Shown one piece after another: positions 16,801 to 25,306 of a stretch of DNA of 64,000 nucleotides. Source of the DNA: Candidatus Sumerlaeota bacterium. GTDB taxonomy: Bacteria; Sumerlaeota; Sumerlaeia; SLMS01; JAHLLQ01. How positions within the stretch are numbered: the first letter of the stretch is position 1; each line of letters begins with the position of its first letter. The stretch spans positions 9,987-73,986 of the forward strand of contig JASGMJ010000022.1 in NCBI GenBank assembly GCA_030156535.1. The letters run 5' to 3'. The notes under the pieces were generated by a model that did no database searches, was not told where the DNA came from, and saw nothing but the letters and a program-made list of their open reading frames with translations. Made by a program: the position numbers and the translations under genes.

Positions 16801-18479
16801 ATCGTCGATGAGGCGTTGGCAATCGTCAGCGTGGAATCGGGCTTTTGCGGGCCGTAGATCACGTACCCCAGACCGTGGAAAGTGTCGTTCGTATTGCGGT
16901 TGCGCGGAACGCGGAGCGTCACGCGGCTGTCGCTGCCAACGGTGATGGTGTCGAAGATGTCGTCGTTCGGATCAACGGTTGTGCTCGTGGCGTTGCCGGT
17001 GAGTTCGACGAGAACGGTGCCGGGCGCAAAGGAGGTGTCGACACTGCGCTCGTCGTATCCGCTGTCCCCCCGGTCGTTCAGGCCGACGAGGCAGGCGTTG
17101 AGGCGCTCGTAAACATAGACCGTGTCGTCGATCCAGCGCGTTGCGTGGCCGCCGCGCGCGTACTCCTTGTTGATGCGCACCAGCGTCGTGATGTGCGCGT
17201 TGCCGTTGCCGAGCGCCTCGGGGCGGCCCGGTTTGGGGAAGTCGCGTCCGTCGCCGAATTCGGCGGCATTGTAGTACACCGAGGGATAGCCCGTGCGCGT
17301 GAGGATGTGCGCGTGCCCGAGCAGATTGAAGCCCGGGCCCTCGGTGGAGTAGCCGCCGCCGGTGTTGTCGTGGCTGTTGACGAACATGACGCCGCGGCTG
17401 CCGTCGTTGTAGTCGCCGTCCGAACCGTCGAACGAGGAGTACTCGAGGTCGCGCATGTCGCCAAAGCCCTGCGCGCCGAAGACACTGTTCATGGCAAAGA
17501 ACAGCGGGAAGTCCAGCATGTCGCGGTTTCCGTAGCCATCCTTGCGCGTGTAGGAAGTCAGCAGGTCGAAGTTGCTGTCGAGCGCTTCGCCGAAACTGAA
17601 GGGCGTGAAGGCCGAACCGTCGATCGGGTTGCGCCCGACGTTGTAGACCGCCTGGTCGTAGAAGTCGTTGAAGAAAAACTGGGGGACGTGCTTCACGGCA
17701 TCGATGCGGAAGCCGTCAACGCCCTGCACCTCGACCATCCACTGCAGGTAGCGCATGAGCAGTCCGGTGGCGTTTTCCTCATAGGGATCGCCCGCCATGG
17801 GATCGGCGAGGTTGAACGGATGGCGGCCGTTTTCCAGCGGGAGATCCAGGTCGGGATAGAACTGGCGGTTCTCTTCGCGGGGCGTTTCGTTCGGAATGTT
17901 GTTCGTGGCCCCGGGAACAGGGTGGCGCGTGAAGCGGTGGTTCTTTTCCTGGGCGATGTCGTTGAGTCCGGCGAGGCGTCCGTTCAAGTCGCCCTCTTCG
18001 TAGGCGCCGTGGAAGTCGCCATCGACGTCGCTGTCCAGGGTCGTGACGAATCCGGGGTAGCCACCGTTGGCCTCGAAGTCCGGCGTGCTGCCATCGCGAA
18101 AGCCGTTGTGGTTCACAATCGCATCAACGAAGACACCGATGCCGGCGCGGTCGAATTCGGTGTTCATCTGGCGGAAGCTCTGGGCCGTGCCGTAGAGCGT
18201 CTGGTCGTAGGGCGTTCCGAGGTCGAAGCGGTCGAAGACGTCGTAGCCGACGGAGTAGCCGCCGGTGTCGGCCTTGCCGGGTGGGGGCACCCACAGCGAT
18301 TGGTAGCGGGCCATGAAGACGTCGGGAGCGCGGCGCTCGATCGTCTTCCACTTGCTCTCGAAGTACTGGAGGATCACGTCACCGGCGGCGGCGCGTTGCG
18401 GCGCCAGGCTCAGCGCTCCGGCCACTGCCATCGCTGCGGCCACTCCGGTCTTCCTCGCAAGAACGCGCACTTTGCCCAT
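13824..18479 (-). CDS. Giant secreted GH13 alpha-amylase (1551 aa) with Ig-like repeats, lamin-tail (LTD) domain and C-terminal dockerin-like EF-hand pair
   Basis: Signal peptide MGKVRVLARKTGVAAAMAVAGALSLAPQRAAA. GH13 regions FVDAIVNHNG, VDGFRIDAVKHV, FSFGEALD, FVNSHDN. LTD signature VLINEVFAGVPDWVELYNPGASPVDLSGWAL. Tail GDANGDGVVTPADAQAAFECF...DGDGSVTPADAQRIFNHALQIISACP. GAGGGAAG RBS. Confidence 0.9.
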   Translation of the reverse strand: MGKVRVLARKTGVAAAMAVAGALSLAPQRAAAGDVILQYFESKWKTIERRAPDVFMARYQSLWVPPPGKADTGGYSVGYDVFDRFDLGTPYDQTLYGTAQSFRQMNTEFDRAGIGVFVDAIVNHNGFRDGSTPDFEANGGYPGFVTTLDSDVDGDFHGAYEEGDLNGRLAGLNDIAQEKNHRFTRHPVPGATNNIPNETPREENRQFYPDLDLPLENGRHPFNLADPMAGDPYEENATGLLMRYLQWMVEVQGVDGFRIDAVKHVPQFFFNDFYDQAVYNVGRNPIDGSAFTPFSFGEALDSNFDLLTSYTRKDGYGNRDMLDFPLFFAMNSVFGAQGFGDMRDLEYSSFDGSDGDYNDGSRGVMFVNSHDNTGGGYSTEGPGFNLLGHAHILTRTGYPSVYYNAAEFGDGRDFPKPGRPEALGNGNAHITTLVRINKEYARGGHATRWIDDTVYVYERLNACLVGLNDRGDSGYDERSVDTSFAPGTVLVELTGNATSTTVDPNDDIFDTITVGSDSRVTLRVPRNRNTNDTFHGLGYVIYGPQKPDSTLTIANASSTIGPDPDDGRSQAQRRLTTLQVVTADTIEVQLDVADSPVSDAALIKVNFGEVDVDGDGTRNAHGEFAGFENFPNVNDGTYTASIDATNLKEGYTYIETVAFLERPADTPAIYDNERAVVYLDRVPPTAELLFPPRTGSGDITSADYEAAVQSDHTANAVHILLDVPADATDEQVLALVNDSNKARQHDRLEWRRVLSGFAGTGTTTEITVVAFEESGNYSITRFDNIGVDVATPEILIGVDTDPSSDSVSFESFPASIDTAEYANEIVVRVNTESAADGPISFNDGDYTVMLQVDDGAAISAEPYDASLLPPVGRLVQNDQNLGGDDYDEFRFLWRNYGPGPHTFRAVAQLTAGGEPPSEAIANVTVADDASGPTITITNPAPPGETVTNPTEIVVAGTFGSAPGFAQIFLDGPADSQLIATLTDPPAGAFSVTKPVGSFDLADTIPAGALSLQNGTYTVRVRASTGPNGTGFTSEANSSLTVDGLGQPETLPPFAIDGDATEFLALPVLAASAADGSTGSALPADYGADGTLTELHAAVRDGVLGIALRGDMFGANEDSLDNVSILYIDVNAGSGGGTTEMGVELTDESDGLRGDISRADFTLAPALVTAGVGFDAVFGMTSPGTAYGYTVGGDGLPGAFDNFEFNSSFSAGYDAATAGFSAAPGTTIAGPNTFEIVLPLEALGNPDPRKIRLAAVTAPDTGGASPNTLPENASDSYVGTQTIEAVAAFGTSPTVLINEVFAGVPDWVELYNPGASPVDLSGWALRMNDKEIVPRDYVFPDGTTIAPGGYLLVSDDGGTTPPADTATVLHTGFNIPWDETRGASVGLVDPWGIGIDYVDWRNSANEETSGVIRKAPDGTTLVGDVAGPASGTSNHSLARDSASTDTDSAADWDPTSGADASVPTPGAANIGSAPVVPGDANGDGVVTPADAQAAFECFLFATCGTGVSSDAADIAPDDADGCVDAGDGDGSVTPADAQRIFNHALQIISACP

Positions 18480-18701
18480 TGTCTTCCCTCGTCAATCGTC
18501 TTCGGGGCGCGCCCGCGGAACGGACTCCGGTGCGAAACCCCGGCGGCGACACGGTAGGAAGAAGGCGCGGGGCTGTCGAGTCGGAACGAGCGATTCACTA
18601 AAATTTGGAGTGCCCGTTTTGCCCCATTTTACCGGGAGTTTTATTGCCCTCTCTCCGGGCCGCGCCACCCTTGCGATACTTCCCTCCCGGGAGAACGCTC
18701 C

Positions 18702-19865
18702 ATGTTCCGCCGCTCCACGCCGATCCGTGCTCTGGCCCTGGCGCTCGCCGCCTCCACAGGCCCCGCCGTTCCGGTTGAAATCGCTCTTCACCAGGAGACC
18801 CTGCCGGGGCAGAGCGTCTTCGTCTCCGGCCCGCTGCCCCTGCTGGGCGGCGGCGATGTGCGGCGCGCCGTCAAGCTCTCGCCCCACCAGTATCCGGTCT
18901 GGTCGATCGTCATCGACCTGCCGCCGGGGACGAGCTTCCAGCCGAAGTTTTATCTGCGCGACGACGCCCCCGCCCGCCTCGCGGATGCGGGAAATGCCAC
19001 GCCGATTCCCACGACGCACACGATCACCACGCCGGCGGCGGAGGAACCCGGGGGCCTCCAGCGCGATCCCGTCCCCGGGCCCGGTGCGTCGATTCCGCGC
19101 CGCGAGTCCTTCACGTGGACCCCGTCGGCGCCGCTCTTCAAGCCGCGCGCGATCACCGTACTGCTGCCGCGCGGGTACGACGACACCACCACGCGCCGCT
19201 ACCCCGTGCTCTATGCCGAGGACGGGCAGAATGTTTTCTCGCCCGGCGGGCCGTTCGGATCGTGGGATCTCGATCTGATCGCGACGGATCTGATCCGCAG
19301 AGGCGAAATCCCCGAGATCATCATCGTGTCCATCGACAATGGCGGGGTCGACCGCATCGCCGAGTACATTCCCGAGTGGATCGTCTACAAGGATGTGCCC
19401 ACGCGCGGCGGAGAGTACCTGCGGCTGCTGATCGGGGAAGTGATGCCGGAGATCGACCGGCGCTATCGCACGAAGCGCGGGCCCGCAAACACGGCACACC
19501 TGGGGAGCTCGCTCGGCGGCGTGATTGGCTTCGAGGCCGCCAACGAGCACGCCGACGTGTTCGGCGCCGTCGTCGCGATGTCGCCAAGTTTCTGGCTCAA
19601 CCGCCCCGGGTTCGTCGAGCGCGCCGGGCGCCCGCCATCCACCCGCGCGCGGCTCTACATCGACTCGGGCACCGAGGGGCCGAACAGCGACGCCTATGCC
19701 GACACGATGGCCGTGCGCGATGCGCTCATCGAGAGCGGTCACGTGTTCGGCGCACCGTTCCTGCACACCGTCGGCCTCGGGGACGGGCACAACGAAGCGG
19801 CCTGGCGCGGGCGCCTGCCCGGCGCGCTGCGCTGGCTGTACGCGCCAACCACCACAACGGAGTGA
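18702..19865 (+). CDS. CBM20 (starch-binding) domain fused to an esterase-D/enterochelin-esterase-type alpha/beta hydrolase
   Basis: N-terminus VPVEIALHQETLPGQSVFVSGPLPLLGGGDVRRAVKLSPHQYPVWSIVIDLPPGTSFQPKFYLRDD fits the CBM20 pattern. Then ITVLLPRGYDDTTTRRYPVLYAEDGQNVF and nucleophile elbow LGSSLGG, typical of the putative-esterase family. Confidence 0.8.
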   Translation: MFRRSTPIRALALALAASTGPAVPVEIALHQETLPGQSVFVSGPLPLLGGGDVRRAVKLSPHQYPVWSIVIDLPPGTSFQPKFYLRDDAPARLADAGNATPIPTTHTITTPAAEEPGGLQRDPVPGPGASIPRRESFTWTPSAPLFKPRAITVLLPRGYDDTTTRRYPVLYAEDGQNVFSPGGPFGSWDLDLIATDLIRRGEIPEIIIVSIDNGGVDRIAEYIPEWIVYKDVPTRGGEYLRLLIGEVMPEIDRRYRTKRGPANTAHLGSSLGGVIGFEAANEHADVFGAVVAMSPSFWLNRPGFVERAGRPPSTRARLYIDSGTEGPNSDAYADTMAVRDALIESGHVFGAPFLHTVGLGDGHNEAAWRGRLPGALRWLYAPTTTTE

Positions 19866-19876
19866 GGAGGCCCCCC

Positions 19877-20506
19877 ATGCCCAAGATGTGCCCCAAGATC
19901 ATCCTCGAAGGCACGCGTCTGACCTTCAAGACCGACCTCGCGTTCGCGCTCAACGAGCACCCGCGCATCGTCGGCCCGCGCAAGTACCGCTACCACTCGC
20001 CCCTCATCAGCGGCGAATGGTGCGTCTTCACGAACTTTCCGTGGGGACGCGGACTCATCAACTTCGATCCGGCCGAGGAACGCCTCGCGATGGAAACCTA
20101 CGCGACGTGGATGCGGCTGTTCGAGTTGCAGAAATACTACTCGTGGGTGATCGACCGCTTTCACATTTCGACGCGGGCGTTCCAGCTCCAGCACCGCGAG
20201 AAGGACTACGAATTCGAGTGGCTGGAGGACCGCCTGAAGGCCGTGGGGTTCCGGCTCGTGTTCCTGACGCGCACGGAGGAGAGCTTCGTCGAGGCGCGCG
20301 AACGGCGTCTGAAGGTCTCGGCGAAACCCGACCAGTACGACGACCTCTCGTACTTCCACCGCGAGCAGGCGCTGATGCGGCGGCTCGTGGCGCAGTCGAA
20401 GCTGCCGACGCTGGAGGTTGACATCTCGGACAACGACGTACCCGCCGCCGCCGAACGCGTCGCGGACTGGATGGAATCCACGGGCGCGCTCTACGCGGAC
20501 TACTGA
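19877..20506 (+). CDS. Hypothetical protein, sulfotransferase/P-loop-kinase-like fold with atypical phosphate-binding loop
   Basis: ATG at 19877 lies 11 nt after the upstream stop and is preceded by GAGGAGG. PKIILEGTRLTFKTDLAFALNEHPRI resembles a sulfotransferase 5'-PSB region (...G-x-x-K-x-G-T-T...L..HP.I) and VIDRFHISTRAF a 3'-PB-like element. A canonical GK[ST] is absent. Confidence 0.6.
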   Translation: MPKMCPKIILEGTRLTFKTDLAFALNEHPRIVGPRKYRYHSPLISGEWCVFTNFPWGRGLINFDPAEERLAMETYATWMRLFELQKYYSWVIDRFHISTRAFQLQHREKDYEFEWLEDRLKAVGFRLVFLTRTEESFVEARERRLKVSAKPDQYDDLSYFHREQALMRRLVAQSKLPTLEVDISDNDVPAAAERVADWMESTGALYADY

Positions 20507-20762
20507 TTGTATTGTGGGACCGCATTTCCCCCTGACACCCGCGCCGCGATGTCCCATACTGTGTGCAGTGCGTGGGGTGGACCTTGTGGATCGGGGGAGT
20601 CTGTCGATGAAAACGAAACGCGGGTCTAATGATGTCGCGTCCCTGCAGGGGCGACTCGCTTCACTATTCCCCTGCAGAGTTTGCCCCCGGCAGGGGGCCA
20701 ACACGCTTGACCCCGAGTGACTTTCTGCCAAGCTGGATTTGGGGGTAGATTGAAGGAGTGCG

Positions 20763-21884
20763 ATGCAGGCACCACCAGTACGGAACTTTTCCCTCCAGCA
20801 GATTCTGGACACGATGGCCGATGGCGTTTATGTCGCCGACCGGGATCGGAGGATCATTTTCTGGAACAAGTCGGCCGAGCGCTTGACGGGCTGGCTGGCG
20901 GAGGACGTTGTTGGCCATTCGTGCCGCGACAACATTCTGTGCCACGTCGACAAGGACGGTCACCACATGTGCGGCGAGGAGTATTGCCCGCTGCACCGTT
21001 CGATCGTGACGGGGAATGCCACGACGGAACCGGTCATTGCGTTCGCCCAGCGCAAGGACGGCTCGCGCGCCCCCTTTGAAATCAGCATCGCGCCGATCCG
21101 CGACGATACCGGCGAAGTCGTTGCCGCCGTGGAAACGTTCCACGATCTCAACGTGCAGATGCTCGACTTGGAGCGCGCGCGGAAGATTCAGCGCGAGGCA
21201 CTCCCCCAAACGTTTCCGGCGAGCGAGCACTTTGCGTTCCGCGTCCATTACATGCCCCAGGGGATGATCGGCGGCGACTTCTACGCGGTGAACGTTCAGG
21301 ACAGCGGCGCGGTGCTGATCCTGATCGCGGACATCATGGGGCACGGGGTGGCGGCCGCGCTGTACACGATGTACCTGCGGTCGATCTGGGAGGAGCAGCG
21401 CAATCTGCAGGACGATCCCCTGGAATTTCTCGCGATTCTCAACGACCGCCTGCATCGGCTGGTTTATCGCGACAACGCATTCGCGACGGCGGCGCTGATG
21501 CGGTTCGACCCGGCGACGGGGCGGCTTGAAGTCGCCGGCGCGGGCCAGAACTGCCCGCTGGTCTTTCGCACGGATGGCACGGTGGACAAGCTGATGACGG
21601 CGGGGCTGCCGTTGGGGCTGATTCCCGACGCTCCGTACGACAAGATCGAGTATACGCTGGCGCCCGGCGACGTGCTGCTGGCGTGCACGGATGGCGCCGT
21701 CGAGATTGACAACGACAAGGGCGAGGAACTGGGCGACGACGGGTTGATCGCGCTGCTCAAGGAGCTTGGCTATCCGAACCACAAGGTGCGCTTCAGCCTG
21801 GTGGACGAGGCGCTGCTGCGGTATTCGAACGACATTCGTCTGCGGGACGACGTGACGCTGCTGGAGATGCGGTATCTGGGGTAG
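20763..21884 (+). CDS. PAS-domain PP2C/SpoIIE-family serine phosphatase (RsbU-like)
   Basis: PAS: LQQILDTMADGVYVADRDRRIIFWNKSAERLTGW. PP2C/SpoIIE: MIGGDFYAV...LILIADIMGHGVAAALYTMYL...LLACTDGAVE. GAAGGAG RBS. Confidence 0.85.
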   Translation: MQAPPVRNFSLQQILDTMADGVYVADRDRRIIFWNKSAERLTGWLAEDVVGHSCRDNILCHVDKDGHHMCGEEYCPLHRSIVTGNATTEPVIAFAQRKDGSRAPFEISIAPIRDDTGEVVAAVETFHDLNVQMLDLERARKIQREALPQTFPASEHFAFRVHYMPQGMIGGDFYAVNVQDSGAVLILIADIMGHGVAAALYTMYLRSIWEEQRNLQDDPLEFLAILNDRLHRLVYRDNAFATAALMRFDPATGRLEVAGAGQNCPLVFRTDGTVDKLMTAGLPLGLIPDAPYDKIEYTLAPGDVLLACTDGAVEIDNDKGEELGDDGLIALLKELGYPNHKVRFSLVDEALLRYSNDIRLRDDVTLLEMRYLG

Positions 21885-22097
21885 AGGGTAGTGGCGCGTG
21901 GTGCGTTTCTCGTGGTTCGTGGGGAAGTTCCAGGTTTTCAGTTTTCAGGCGAAAAGCACGGGGCTGCGCACCCTTTTGTGGGTTCGGGTGATTCGTGGCT
22001 TGGTGGCTTGCGGGTCTTGACCCGGGGCGCTTGGGTGTAAACGCTTACGGCAACGCGAGGGCCGCCCGGCTCCGCGACACCCGGGAGGAGTTGCCCC

Positions 22098-24872
22098 ATG
22101 AAGCCCGATGCGTCCCACATCCGCCAGATCCACGTCGTCAGCAACACACACTGGGACCGCGAATTCCGCCGCACGTTCGAGAAAACACGCCGCCGCCTGC
22201 TCACCATGATGGATGTCACCCTCGACATCCTCGAAGCCGATCCCGCGTTTCCATCGTTCACGATGGACGGTCACTCCATCATGATCGACGACTATCTGGA
22301 AATGCGGCCGGAGCGCCGCGAGCAGGTCGAGGGATTCATCCGCAGTGGGCGCTTGATCATCGGGCCGTGGTACACGCTGCCCGAGACGATGAGCATCGGG
22401 CACGAGGCGTTGGCGCGCAACTTCCTGTGGGGGCGCCGCAACATGGAGCGCTATGGCGCGCCGCGCGGCACGGTGGCGTACACGCCGGCCTCGTGGGGCC
22501 AGACGGGGCAGTTGCCACAGATTCTGGCAAACTTTGGTCTGACGCGCACGATGTTCTATCGCGGCATCTCACACCACGAGAGCGACGCGGAGTTCCGCTG
22601 GCAGGCGCCCGACGGGACGGAGTTGCTCGGCAGCCGTTTCGCGATCTACGCGCGTTACAACTGGTACTACCAGGTGCACCGCGCCGTGACGCGCGGGCGG
22701 ACGTTCACGAAGGACTACGTCTGGGGTGAATTCGACGAGGCGCCGTTCCGCTTTGCCGATGGGCTGGCGGGGGAGGACCTCGCGTTCGATCTGAAGGACC
22801 CGTCGGTCGATTACGACGGCTCGCGTCTGAAGAAGGCCATCGAGGACATGGTTGAGGCGGAGGGGCCGCACTTCACGACGGAAGTCTTCCTGGCGATGCA
22901 CGGGCACGACATCTCCGTGGCGCATCCGTTGGAGAGCCGCGTCGTCGCCGATGCGCAGAAGGCCTTTGAAGGCAAGTACGCGATCACGCACACGAACCTG
23001 GAGGACTACTGGGACGAGCTGGAGAAGCATCTCGACCGCGAGGCGCTGCCGGTGCTCAAGGGCGAGCGCCGCGCACATCTCGTCAAGGGGATGTGGACGT
23101 ACCTGCTCCCCGCGTCGATCAGTGCGCGCACGTACCTCAAGCTGCTCGATTTCGCGGCGACGACGGCGCTGGTCTCCGTTGCCGAGCCGCTCGCGTCGCT
23201 CGCCTCCGCCTTCGGCGTGCCTTATCCGTCCGCCTATGTGGACCGCGGGTGGGAGTTCCTGCTCTCGAATCACACACATGACGCGAACGGCGGGTGCGCG
23301 CCGGACGAGGCGTGTCTGGACATCGAGTACCGCTATCGCAAGGCGCGCGACTGCGCGGAGATCGTGATGGAGGACGCGATGGGGGACATTGCCCGGCGGC
23401 TCTCGCCCGCGGGCCAGCCCGCCGATGCGATGCAACTGATCGTCTTCAACCCGCTGCCGTTCGAGCGCGATGCCGTGGCACTGGTCGATCTGGAAATTCC
23501 CGCGAAGCACAAGGCCGGCGCCGCGCGGCTCGAAAGTCCCGCCGATAACGTGACCGACCGGCAGCCCGTGAGCACCGAGAAGTCCAGCTCGTTTGTCGAC
23601 AGTATCTGGGACGTGCCGACGATTCTCGACTCGCACCGCCTGCGGTTCCACGCGCGGCTGCGTCGTTTGCCGGGACTTGGCTGGCGCGCGTACACGATCG
23701 TGCCGGAGCACGGCGAGCTTCGCCACCCCGGTTCCCTCGTCACGGGCTCCGCCACGATGGAGAACGAGTGCGTGCGCGTGACGGTGAACGCCAACGGCAC
23801 GATCCGGCTGGAGAACAAGCAGACCGGCCGCGTGTACGACGGCCTTGGCTATCTGAGTGATCAGGGCGAGGCGGGCAACGCCTGGCGCCACGTCGCGCCG
23901 CGTTACGACCGCGTCTACACGTCGCTGGGCGTGGCGGCGAACGTGTCCATCGTGGAGAGCGGCCCGCTCGTCGCCCGCATCGCGGCGGAATTTGACTTCC
24001 CCGTGCCGGTCGACTACGCCGACGGCACGTGCCGCGCCGCGCGTCTCGTGGCGCTGCCTATTCGCGTGGTCTGGCGTCTGGAAGCGGGCTCGCCGACGGT
24101 GAAGGCAACGCTGGAGGTGGACAACCGCGCGAAGGACCACTGGCTGCGGGTGTGCTTTCCGACGGGGCTGGAGACGGAGGAGTCCGTGGCCGACAGCCAC
24201 TTCGACGTCGTGCGCCGGGCGATTGCCGTGCCGGACTCGACGGGCTGGGTCGAGCGCTTCGAACCGACGCATCCGCTGCGCACGTTCGTGGACTTGTCCG
24301 ACGGGAGCGACGGACTCGCCGTGTTCACGAAGGGGCTCTTCGAGTACGAGGCACGCGAGGACGCCGCGCGCACGTTGCTCGTGTCGCTGATTCGCTCGTG
24401 CCGGATCAAACTGGCCGTCAGCGAGGAGAAGCAGACCGAGCTGCCCGACCAGGGCGTGCAGTGCCCCGGCCCACATACTTTCGAGTTCGCCGTGCATGCG
24501 CACGCGGGCACGTGGGAGGACGCGGGTCTGCCGAATCGCGCCGCCGAGTTCGCCGTGCCGGTGCGTGCGGCGATGATCGGACGCGGCAAGGGGGACCTGC
24601 CGCTGGAGGCGAGCCTGTTCGCGGTGGACAACGCCGTGGTGCACGTGACGGCGGTGAAGCAGGCCGAGGACGGGCGGGGACTGGTGGTGCGGCTGTACAA
24701 CGGTTCGGACGCGGCGCAGGACGTGGCGCTGCGTTTCGGCCGCCCGGTGGTGTCGGCGTGCCGGGCGCGGATGGACGAATCGGCGGGCGAGGCGCTGGCG
24801 GCCGAGGGTTCGGTGGTGCGGCTGACTGCCAGGCCGCACGCGATCGTGACGCTGCGGGTGGAGGTGGGGTAG
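22098..24872 (+). CDS. GH38 family glycoside hydrolase (alpha-mannosidase / MngB-like), cytoplasmic, paralog 1
   Basis: N-terminal IHVVSNTHWDREFRRTFE and GRLIIGPWYTLPETM, typical of bacterial GH38. 924 aa, no signal peptide. GGGAGGAG RBS. Confidence 0.9.
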   Translation: MKPDASHIRQIHVVSNTHWDREFRRTFEKTRRRLLTMMDVTLDILEADPAFPSFTMDGHSIMIDDYLEMRPERREQVEGFIRSGRLIIGPWYTLPETMSIGHEALARNFLWGRRNMERYGAPRGTVAYTPASWGQTGQLPQILANFGLTRTMFYRGISHHESDAEFRWQAPDGTELLGSRFAIYARYNWYYQVHRAVTRGRTFTKDYVWGEFDEAPFRFADGLAGEDLAFDLKDPSVDYDGSRLKKAIEDMVEAEGPHFTTEVFLAMHGHDISVAHPLESRVVADAQKAFEGKYAITHTNLEDYWDELEKHLDREALPVLKGERRAHLVKGMWTYLLPASISARTYLKLLDFAATTALVSVAEPLASLASAFGVPYPSAYVDRGWEFLLSNHTHDANGGCAPDEACLDIEYRYRKARDCAEIVMEDAMGDIARRLSPAGQPADAMQLIVFNPLPFERDAVALVDLEIPAKHKAGAARLESPADNVTDRQPVSTEKSSSFVDSIWDVPTILDSHRLRFHARLRRLPGLGWRAYTIVPEHGELRHPGSLVTGSATMENECVRVTVNANGTIRLENKQTGRVYDGLGYLSDQGEAGNAWRHVAPRYDRVYTSLGVAANVSIVESGPLVARIAAEFDFPVPVDYADGTCRAARLVALPIRVVWRLEAGSPTVKATLEVDNRAKDHWLRVCFPTGLETEESVADSHFDVVRRAIAVPDSTGWVERFEPTHPLRTFVDLSDGSDGLAVFTKGLFEYEAREDAARTLLVSLIRSCRIKLAVSEEKQTELPDQGVQCPGPHTFEFAVHAHAGTWEDAGLPNRAAEFAVPVRAAMIGRGKGDLPLEASLFAVDNAVVHVTAVKQAEDGRGLVVRLYNGSDAAQDVALRFGRPVVSACRARMDESAGEALAAEGSVVRLTARPHAIVTLRVEVG

Positions 24873-25306
24873 GGGAGATCGCTCTCAACGCCCTCGATCT
24901 CCGTATGGTGCCTCGGTGCCCGCGTCGGTCAGCGTCGCCCCGCCAAGAATCCTTCGCCTTCCGCCTTCACCGAGACGATGGCGGGACAAGTGTGCGCTTC
25001 TGTCTCTGGAACCCGGCAGAACATCCGGAGCCAGATTGTTTCTTGGGGCAAACGCTTGAGCCCACGCGGCCTTCCGTCATGCTGGCTTCGGGCGTGAAAA
25101 AAGGAGGCCAATACCGGTATCGCCACCCCTGCGTATTTTTCCTTCCAGTACCTCCTGGATACGATGTCCGCTGCATCGATTCAGGCGGGGCCCCACCAGT
25201 AATGACATCCCTCTCGGATGCTCCCCGTCCCAGGCAGTCGGCCTCGATCCACTCCCCAAGCGCCAGACTGGCATTGATCGACCCTGTGCAACCCTGAATG
25301 GCGATC

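Noticed and set aside
13776-18557. Plus-strand ORFs of 1011 aa (13776..16811) and 570 aa (16845..18557)
   Set aside because: They are antisense to the 1551-aa GH13 gene. Composition is low-complexity (R, G, A, V, D) with no recognisable domains.
20641-20700. Perfect 12-bp palindrome CCCCTGCAGGGG, a second CCCTGCAG copy about 30 nt later, and the hairpin GCCCCC-GGCA-GGGGGC, upstream of the PAS-PP2C gene
   Set aside because: These are short GC-rich palindromes expected by chance in this composition. There is no T-run and no second occurrence elsewhere in the window. Noted, but not called as a site.
24873-25306. 434-nt gap between convergent GH38 and FGE-domain genes; I looked for a pseudogene, small ORF, tRNA or terminator
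   Set aside because: The only ORFs (e.g. 24967..25329, minus strand) have implausible composition. I found no cloverleaf-like structure and no stem plus T-run. I leave it as unexplained non-coding sequence.
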